A stretch of DNA of 35,868 bases from an uncultured Erysipelotrichaceae bacterium (GTDB lineage Bacteria > Bacillota_I > Bacilli_A > RF39 > UBA660), in the NCBI GenBank assembly GCA_902795725.1, contig CADBLY010000021.1, positions 1-35,868 of the forward strand, given 5' to 3'. Below, one piece after another: positions 16,499 to 23,541 of this stretch. Every line of letters starts with the position of its first letter. The first letter of the stretch is position 1. The notes beneath the pieces are model-generated. The model searched no databases, was not told the origin of the DNA, and was given only the letters and a program-made list of their open reading frames with translations. The translations under genes and the position numbers were made by a program.

Positions 16499-17015
16499 GT
16501 ATACGGATATACCAGTAAAAGATATTCGAAATGGTATGATTGTTTTAGACAACAAAGAGATGGTAACAGGAGTTAAAATAGTTCCAAGAAATTTATTTAT
16601 TCTTGATCCTGCAACGCAAAATGCTGTTATAAATAACTTAAAAGTTGTTTATAATGTTATTGATTATGAATTTTGGATAATTGCTGCTGATAGACCTGTT
16701 GATATTAATGTGTATTTATCAGAACTTCAAGTTCTTTATAATTCCACTACCGATACAATAAGAAGAAAAATGATATTAGAAGATATAGATAAAGCTAATA
16801 TGTTTATGAACAATAATGTTGTTGATACAGAATATTATTTATTATTTAAAGATAAAGATTTAGATAGAATTCAAAAACGCATTAGAAATTTAGTAAGTAA
16901 TTTAGCTTCTGCTGGATTAACATCATATCAGACATCAAATGAAGATTTAAGAATGATTTTAGATAATTTCTTAAATGGTGGACAAACTACTACTTTTGGG
17001 ACGGTGATGGCATGA
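16476..17015 (+). CDS. Stand-alone VirB4 N-terminal-domain-like protein (first piece of a split VirB4)
   Basis: DIPVKDIRNGMIVLDNKEMVTGVKIVPRNLFILDPATQNAVINNL resembles the extreme N-terminus of Firmicute VirB4 proteins (PrgJ/TcpF/ConE type). Its stop overlaps the next start as ATGA. Confidence 0.45.
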   Translation: MAKQVKSKYTDIPVKDIRNGMIVLDNKEMVTGVKIVPRNLFILDPATQNAVINNLKVVYNVIDYEFWIIAADRPVDINVYLSELQVLYNSTTDTIRRKMILEDIDKANMFMNNNVVDTEYYLLFKDKDLDRIQKRIRNLVSNLASAGLTSYQTSNEDLRMILDNFLNGGQTTTFGTVMA

Positions 17016-18799
17016 CAAATATAAAAACAGAAATTGCTCCAAAAGGGCTGGAGTTTAAAAGTAATGAATTTATAATTAGTGATAAATACGCTACAATTCT
17101 AAGCGTAATAAGCTATCCGCAATTTGTATATCCTGGATTTCTATCATCACTAACTAGTATGTCTGGAATTAAAATGGTAATTAAACATATTCCACTTCCG
17201 GCATCTAGTATGAGTAAAATGTTAAATAAAGAATTAGCAGATTTAAAACAGAGATATCAAGATGAAAGAGACAGAACTATTCAAGAAAGATTACGCCAAG
17301 ACTATGAATCTCTTGAACAATTTATTAGTGAACTAGCTGCAACTCAATCAAAAGTATATGATTTTCAGCTTCATATTATGATTACAGCCGATAGTAAAGA
17401 AGAACTTGATTTAAAAAAATTACAAGTTAGAAATTATCTAGAAGCTATGCAACTAAGGGCTATTCCACTTCGTTTTGAACAAGATAAAGTTTTAAAATCT
17501 ATCTTACCAATTTATGATAAGCAAGATATTGAAGATAGAATTGGAACACCAATGCCTTCTCCAACAATGGCAGCTATGTATCCATTTATCTTTGATAGTA
17601 TCAAAGATCCTGGGTTAGGAACTTTGTTGGGTGTTGACTTCTCAGGTGGTGTTATTTTATTTAATCAATTCTTATATCAAATAAAAAAAGAGAATAATCG
17701 AAATAATGCCAATATGATTATTTTAGGTACAAGTGGTAGTGGTAAAAGTACCGCTGCAAAAATCCTTCTTAGAAGCCATTTGCGTAATAACTATCAAGTA
17801 GTAGTTATTGACCCAGAAGGCGAATTAGAAGATATGGCTCGTATGTATAAAGGAGATTTTATTGACTTAGGTAAAGGTGGAGAATATGGTATGATAAATC
17901 CACTTGAAGTAGTTCTAGACGCTGACGAAGAAGAAATAAGACAAGGATTAGGATATACCGTATTAACACGTACTATTCAAACCATTAAAGCCTTCTTGAA
18001 ATACTATGATCCAACAATAACTGAAGATATTGTAAATATGTTTAGTGAAATAGTTCAAGAAACATATAAACGTTTTGGAATTGATTTTAACAGTGATTTT
18101 ACAAAATTTAGTTCAAAAGATTATCCAACATTTAAGGATGTATATGCAACCATTAGAGGTAAAATTCTAGCCATGCCAGAACAAACCAAAGAAAAAGATG
18201 TTTTAGAAGCCTTAGAACTAAAAATAAGACCACTTATTAAAGAATTAAGATTTTATTTTGATGGACATACAACTATTGATCCACAAAGTAATTTTGTAGT
18301 ATTTAATATAAGAGAAATAATGAATGCTGATAACAATATCAAAAACGCCCTATTCTTTAATATCTTAAAATTTGCTTGGGGTTTAACACTTAATTCAAGT
18401 ATAAATACCATTATGATGGTTGATGAAGCACACGTATTATTAAGTGGTGGAAATACTCTTGGAGCTGACTTTTTAGCACAAATTCAAAGACGTGCTAGAA
18501 AGTATAATACAGGAACAATTATGATAACTCAACAGCCTACTGATTTTAGTGATCCAACTGTAATTACACAAGGTAAAGCTATTTTTGACAATGCATCATA
18601 TTACTTAGTGATGGGATTAAAAAAACAAGCAGTTACTGACCTAGCTCGTTTAATAGATCTAAATGATAGTGAAATGGAAAGTATTAAACAGTATAGTCAA
18701 GGAGAAGCTTTATTTGTATGTGGAAGTAGAAGAATGCGTATCAATGTGATTGCTTCTGATGAAGAATTAGATTCCTTTGGATCAGGCGGTGGATTGTAA
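17012..18799 (+). CDS. virB4: VirB4-family T4SS ATPase (lacking the usual first ~170 aa)
   Basis: IAPKGLEF..FIISDKYATILSVISYPQFV is a VirB4 N-domain pattern. Walker A ILGTSGSGKSTAAK and Walker B IMMVDEAHVLL, plus ITQQPTDF. Confidence 0.85.
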   Translation: MTNIKTEIAPKGLEFKSNEFIISDKYATILSVISYPQFVYPGFLSSLTSMSGIKMVIKHIPLPASSMSKMLNKELADLKQRYQDERDRTIQERLRQDYESLEQFISELAATQSKVYDFQLHIMITADSKEELDLKKLQVRNYLEAMQLRAIPLRFEQDKVLKSILPIYDKQDIEDRIGTPMPSPTMAAMYPFIFDSIKDPGLGTLLGVDFSGGVILFNQFLYQIKKENNRNNANMIILGTSGSGKSTAAKILLRSHLRNNYQVVVIDPEGELEDMARMYKGDFIDLGKGGEYGMINPLEVVLDADEEEIRQGLGYTVLTRTIQTIKAFLKYYDPTITEDIVNMFSEIVQETYKRFGIDFNSDFTKFSSKDYPTFKDVYATIRGKILAMPEQTKEKDVLEALELKIRPLIKELRFYFDGHTTIDPQSNFVVFNIREIMNADNNIKNALFFNILKFAWGLTLNSSINTIMMVDEAHVLLSGGNTLGADFLAQIQRRARKYNTGTIMITQQPTDFSDPTVITQGKAIFDNASYYLVMGLKKQAVTDLARLIDLNDSEMESIKQYSQGEALFVCGSRRMRINVIASDEELDSFGSGGGL

Positions 18800-18818
18800 T
18801 ACTAAGGTGGTGATTTAG

Positions 18819-20771
18819 GTGAACAATAATAATTTAAATAATAGAAATAGTCAGGCAGATAGCATGCCACATAACAATATGTTGGAAAATGCACAGAATA
18901 ATACTAAAATGCGTAATGATGCCGATGTTAACAATAAAAATATTAATACCAAACCAAGAACACAAGCTTCACCTAAATCATCAAATAGTAATACAAACTA
19001 TCAAACAAAAAATAACATTAGAACACCAAATCAAATTATTAATCAAAACAAATCACATTCATCCCTAAATAATATTGGTGGTCCAGCAGGAAAAAAAATA
19101 ACAAATGGTAGTGTTATAAACAATCTTAAGAAAAATAAACTAGCTCAAGCTATCCCTGGAGTAGGACTTGCTCAACGATTATCTAGTATTAATAATAAAA
19201 GGAAAAAGTTTCTTAAACCTTTTTCTTTAAATATGACTAAAGATGAAGAAGTAAACGAAGATAATAAAGAAGAAATAGATGATAATACTGATAATGAGTC
19301 TCAAAACAAACTACCAGAAGTTATAAGTGGTAGTGTTGATTTATTCGCTAAAATAAAGAAATATAAGTGGTTTTTAATTGGCGGGTTAAGTATGTTTGGC
19401 GTAATACTTATTCTAGCACTTATAGGTTTTATTATAGGTGGATCAGCAGCTGGTGCCGGAGGGTTTTCTAGTGATGCATCAAGTACAGATTTTGGTGAGC
19501 AAGTTGAATCCCAATTTGAAAAAGGCGATGAAATTGATTTAAGTGATGAAATAAATGATACAGGTTTTATTGATGATAATTTAGAAATTGACGTTCAATT
19601 TGTAAAGAATAAATTAGATTTAAATATTGAAGATATAGCTGATTACTATGGAGTAAATGCTGCCTGTAATGGAAAAAAGAGTAAAAAATGTACAGATGGT
19701 AATGAATATCGTTTTTTTCTTAAAATGTATGATATCTATTTTCTTTATAAAAATCAATATAATGTAAAATTAGATTTACCGCTCATCATGGCTACTTTAA
19801 ACTATAAAAATACCCAAATGCCTGTTGTATTTAAAAACAACTTAAATGATTATAATAGAGAAGACTTAAATAATCAAGATTATCAAGGTAATCTTTCTTG
19901 GGAATTTGACTATAAGAACTATGAAGGATACAAATACTTAAACTCCAAAGATGATCGCTTTGATATGCAAATATTAGCTAAAAACATGGTTACTAAAAAA
20001 ATAACATATAAATGTGGAAGTGATACCAAAGAAACAAATGATATTGAAAAAAGCAATTATTCATCAAAACTAGAATGTTCAAATCCAACAGATATTTCTG
20101 AAACCTACGAATTGGATAAAAAAAAATATAATGAATTCCTACTCGAATACATTGAGCATAAATACTTTATTAAAGGTGAAGAAGTAGAAAATGTTGAAAA
20201 CAATAATACAGAAGATTCAACTACATATGAAGGATCTAGCTCTTTGGCTGATTCATTTGTTAAAGTGGCAGAAGATGAGTATAAAAAATTTAATAATGGA
20301 ATAACATCAGCTTGGACTTATCAAAGTGAAGCAAATATTGGGAATAATTTTTGGTGTGCAGCTTTTGTCAATTACGTAGCAAAAAGAAGCACATATAAAG
20401 GAAAAAGTGTTCATGATATAGTTAATCCAATCTGTGATGGTTCTGTTAGTTGTTCCATGGTACAATTTAAGGATAAATCTCATTTAAAATTTTATTTTAA
20501 CGATTCTTGTTCTCGCTTTAAAGGAAAAAATGGTAATATAACTTATAAACCCAAAAAGGGAGATTATATTTTCTTTGATTGGAATAATAGATTTTCAGGG
20601 TTAAATAGTATATATTTAGGAACCGATGATGTATCTCATATTGGAATTGTTAAATCAGTTTCCGATAATGTAGTAATGGTTATTGAAGGAAACTGTAATA
20701 ATAAAATTTGTAATGATAGTCCATATTATCTTACCGATTGTGATGTAGTTGGTTATGGGTCATGGTATTAG
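18819..20771 (+). CDS. Membrane-anchored cell-wall hydrolase with C-terminal CHAP/NlpC-P60-like domain and Asn-rich cytoplasmic N-terminus
   Basis: GTG start 8 nt after AAGGTGG. ~170 aa N/Q/S/K-rich low-complexity region, then the TM WFLIGGLSMFGVILILALIGFIIGG. C-terminal NNFWCAAFVNYV ... SHIGIV ... IEGN matches the Cys-His-polar triad pattern of CHAP/NlpC-P60. Confidence 0.55.
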   Translation: MNNNNLNNRNSQADSMPHNNMLENAQNNTKMRNDADVNNKNINTKPRTQASPKSSNSNTNYQTKNNIRTPNQIINQNKSHSSLNNIGGPAGKKITNGSVINNLKKNKLAQAIPGVGLAQRLSSINNKRKKFLKPFSLNMTKDEEVNEDNKEEIDDNTDNESQNKLPEVISGSVDLFAKIKKYKWFLIGGLSMFGVILILALIGFIIGGSAAGAGGFSSDASSTDFGEQVESQFEKGDEIDLSDEINDTGFIDDNLEIDVQFVKNKLDLNIEDIADYYGVNAACNGKKSKKCTDGNEYRFFLKMYDIYFLYKNQYNVKLDLPLIMATLNYKNTQMPVVFKNNLNDYNREDLNNQDYQGNLSWEFDYKNYEGYKYLNSKDDRFDMQILAKNMVTKKITYKCGSDTKETNDIEKSNYSSKLECSNPTDISETYELDKKKYNEFLLEYIEHKYFIKGEEVENVENNNTEDSTTYEGSSSLADSFVKVAEDEYKKFNNGITSAWTYQSEANIGNNFWCAAFVNYVAKRSTYKGKSVHDIVNPICDGSVSCSMVQFKDKSHLKFYFNDSCSRFKGKNGNITYKPKKGDYIFFDWNNRFSGLNSIYLGTDDVSHIGIVKSVSDNVVMVIEGNCNNKICNDSPYYLTDCDVVGYGSWY

Positions 20772-20779
20772 GAGAAAAT

Positions 20780-21460
20780 ATGAAAAAGATTAAATATTTA
20801 TTAATTGTTTTATTATTTATAATCAGCGGTTGCAGTGCTGAATATAATTTAACTATTTATGATGATGAAATAAAAGAGAAATTTACTTCTGTTATAAATA
20901 AAAATGAAATACCAACTTATGTTAAATCTTCTGATCCATATGCCCCTGAATTTGATGATCAATTAACACCTTTTATAGAAAATGAGCAACACCCTTTTTT
21001 AGATAATAATGATATTATTTATGATAAAGAAGTTGTTGAAGAAGATACTTATCGTCAAGTAACATATAAATATAAATATAAAAAAGAAGAATTTATTAAT
21101 TCGTATGTTATGAAATATTGTTTTGAAAATGTTCAATATGATTATCAAAATAATTATAATATAAATCTATCAGGTGCATTCTATTGCCTACGAAGTGATA
21201 GTTTAGATATAAATATTATAACAAAAAGCAAAGTTATATCTAATAATGCTGATTTTAAAAAAGGAAATACTTATACCTGGCACATTGAAAAAAAAGATGT
21301 GGATAATGTTAACATAAACATGGAAATAGAAAGAAATCATACTGTAAGAAATCTATCTAAAAATACAGGACCTATTGCTATAGTATTTATTATTCTAATT
21401 CTCATAGTATTATCTATATTATTAGTCTTAAAAAAAAGATTAAATAATAACAAAATATAA
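20780..21460 (+). CDS. Lipoprotein with additional C-terminal TM anchor (paralog A)
   Basis: I prefer the ATG at 20780 (after AGGAGA). Lipobox LFIISGC, and a C-terminal TM GPIAIVFIILILIVLSILLVL followed by KKRLNNNKI. Paralogous to 22861-23532. Confidence 0.5.
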   Translation: MKKIKYLLIVLLFIISGCSAEYNLTIYDDEIKEKFTSVINKNEIPTYVKSSDPYAPEFDDQLTPFIENEQHPFLDNNDIIYDKEVVEEDTYRQVTYKYKYKKEEFINSYVMKYCFENVQYDYQNNYNINLSGAFYCLRSDSLDINIITKSKVISNNADFKKGNTYTWHIEKKDVDNVNINMEIERNHTVRNLSKNTGPIAIVFIILILIVLSILLVLKKRLNNNKI

Positions 21461-21478
21461 AGAAAGTATGGTGGTAAA

Positions 21479-22852
21479 ATGAAGTATTATAAATATATAT
21501 TAGTTGTATTGATATCAATACTTTTTTTACCATTAACTGGACAAGCCTACGAATATATTAATTCAAAAAACAAATCAAATGTAGAACGTTATAGAACTGA
21601 TATATACCACTTAAGAGAAATGTATGAAGACTTTATTGTTGAAGAAGGAGAAACAGAAGAAAGTAATTCTTGCACAACAGTTGGAACAATTTATAAAGAA
21701 TGTAGTGGGATAACTGTAGAAGGATATGGAACCTATTCACTAGAAGAATATGTAGCCGGGGTTTTAGCAGGGGATGAAGGCTGGTCACAATACTTAGATA
21801 ATCCTACACTTCGTTATTTTATCCCAGCAATGGTAAGAACGGTGGGACTAACATCATCAAATAATTGTACTACTAGCATATCAGGTACAACTTCTGTACA
21901 AATATTTCAAGGGGATACAAAAAGCTATATTGATGTTGCAAATGAGTCGGCAGGTGTAGTTTTAGTAGACAATACTAAAAATCCATTTACACCAGGATAT
22001 TCAGTAACAGGACTAGCAGATTGTGAATCAATAAGTGACGGAATGTGTCATATAACTCGATATCATAAATGGGATTATAAAGAAACATATGAGTCAATAT
22101 ATCCAACAAGTTCCATATTAACAAGTGGTAGTATATCAGTACATCATGTGGGAGCTAATCCAAATGATATTGAATATAAAGCAAAAGAATTAAATTATAG
22201 TGCCGAACAGCTAGCTAAATATGTTTTTGGTGAAGATACTGAATATGCACAACTTGAATCTGATGGCTATTCATCAGACAATGAGAATACCAAAAAATCC
22301 AAATCATTCACTTGTGAAGGAACAGATGATGGATTATCAGTAGCATCTGCTAGTGGGTTTAAAAAAAGAACATCCCAACCAAAATCTGATAATAAGCATT
22401 ATTTTTCAAATGAAAATGCTTCATATGCAGGAGGCTTTGTTGGACAATGTACATGGTATGCATTTGGTCGAGCTAACGAAATATTAACAAATGCAAAAAG
22501 CAAATTAAAATGGACAATAGCTTCCGATGCAGGGCAATGGTATTCTGCAAATAAATCGCAGGGTACAAAAGGTTTCAAATCAACAACAGATGTTAATAAA
22601 CCAAAAGTAGGTGCAATTATTGTTTGGCAAGATGTTAATGGAGTAAGCTCTGATTGTAAAGGTTGTGGACACGTAGCCGTTGTAGAAACTGTTAATTCTA
22701 ATAAAACAATTGATATAACTGAAGCTAACATTGGATCTGTTAAGTCATCATCAAATCCATATGGTTGGCAGTATGTTTCTAATTTGAGCTTTGCTGAAGT
22801 TTCCAATAGGTGGGGATATTCATTTGCAGGATATATTTATACAGTTGAATAG
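21479..22852 (+). CDS. Secreted peptidoglycan hydrolase: SpoIID/LytB-like N-domain (tentative) plus C-terminal CHAP domain
   Basis: Signal peptide ..LPLTGQAYE. LEEYVAGVLAGDEG...IPAMVRTVGL loosely resembles the SpoIID motif. The C-terminus GQCTWYAFGRANE ... GHVAVVETV ... ITEAN is a clear CHAP pattern. Confidence 0.65.
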   Translation: MKYYKYILVVLISILFLPLTGQAYEYINSKNKSNVERYRTDIYHLREMYEDFIVEEGETEESNSCTTVGTIYKECSGITVEGYGTYSLEEYVAGVLAGDEGWSQYLDNPTLRYFIPAMVRTVGLTSSNNCTTSISGTTSVQIFQGDTKSYIDVANESAGVVLVDNTKNPFTPGYSVTGLADCESISDGMCHITRYHKWDYKETYESIYPTSSILTSGSISVHHVGANPNDIEYKAKELNYSAEQLAKYVFGEDTEYAQLESDGYSSDNENTKKSKSFTCEGTDDGLSVASASGFKKRTSQPKSDNKHYFSNENASYAGGFVGQCTWYAFGRANEILTNAKSKLKWTIASDAGQWYSANKSQGTKGFKSTTDVNKPKVGAIIVWQDVNGVSSDCKGCGHVAVVETVNSNKTIDITEANIGSVKSSSNPYGWQYVSNLSFAEVSNRWGYSFAGYIYTVE

Positions 22853-22860
22853 GTGATAAA

Positions 22861-23532
22861 ATGAAAAAAACAATTATAATATTACTATTATTAATAATAG
22901 TATCAGGTTGTAGTGCTAAATACGAAATAGAAATCAAAGATAAAAAAATAAATGAAAAATCATCATTTATTATTAATAAAAAAGAAGTTGAAAGTGATGG
23001 TATATATTATACTGTAAGCAGAATAGCAGGTAAATATTTTCTAAATGTAGATTTTTTAATAGGAGATACTAAAGAATACTATGAAAATGAAAATGCTATA
23101 TATCAAAAAAGAAATACTACTAGTATTGATGAATATAATTCATCAGATATGTTAAAATATTGCTATAGCGCACATAATGTTTTAAATGAAAAAAAATATT
23201 ACATTATATCTACTAGTAATACCTTTGAATGTTTTGAAAAGTATCAAGAATTAGATAATGTTCAAATTGTATTAAAAACTAACCATCAAGTAAAAGAAAA
23301 CAATGCAGATAAAGTTGATGGATATACCTATACTTGGAACATTAATAAAAATAATTATAATGATAAAAGAATATATATTAAACTATATAAAGATAAATAT
23401 GTTTTTAATTATGAAAATGAATTTTATAAAAAAATAGCTTTATATATAGGTGTTGGATGTGCTATAATAGGAAGCGGTTTATTTATCTATTTCAGATTAA
23501 TGAGTAAAAGAAAAAAATCTAACAAAATCTAG
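22861..23532 (+). CDS. Lipoprotein with additional C-terminal TM anchor (paralog B)
   Basis: Lipobox IIVSGC and a C-terminal TM then KRKKSNKI. Shares SGCSA(E/K)Y..(T/E)I, KYC(F/Y), and YTW.I.K motifs with 20780-21460. Confidence 0.5.
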   Translation: MKKTIIILLLLIIVSGCSAKYEIEIKDKKINEKSSFIINKKEVESDGIYYTVSRIAGKYFLNVDFLIGDTKEYYENENAIYQKRNTTSIDEYNSSDMLKYCYSAHNVLNEKKYYIISTSNTFECFEKYQELDNVQIVLKTNHQVKENNADKVDGYTYTWNINKNNYNDKRIYIKLYKDKYVFNYENEFYKKIALYIGVGCAIIGSGLFIYFRLMSKRKKSNKI

Positions 23533-23541
23533 GAGGCTAAA

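Noticed and set aside
17012-17015. Alternative genetic code (TGA=Trp, Mollicutes-like) joining the two VirB4 pieces
   Set aside because: The two ORFs are in different frames, so read-through of TGA would not fuse them. Other genes end in TGA at sensible positions (for example the tadC-like gene at 8617-8619). The standard bacterial code fits throughout.
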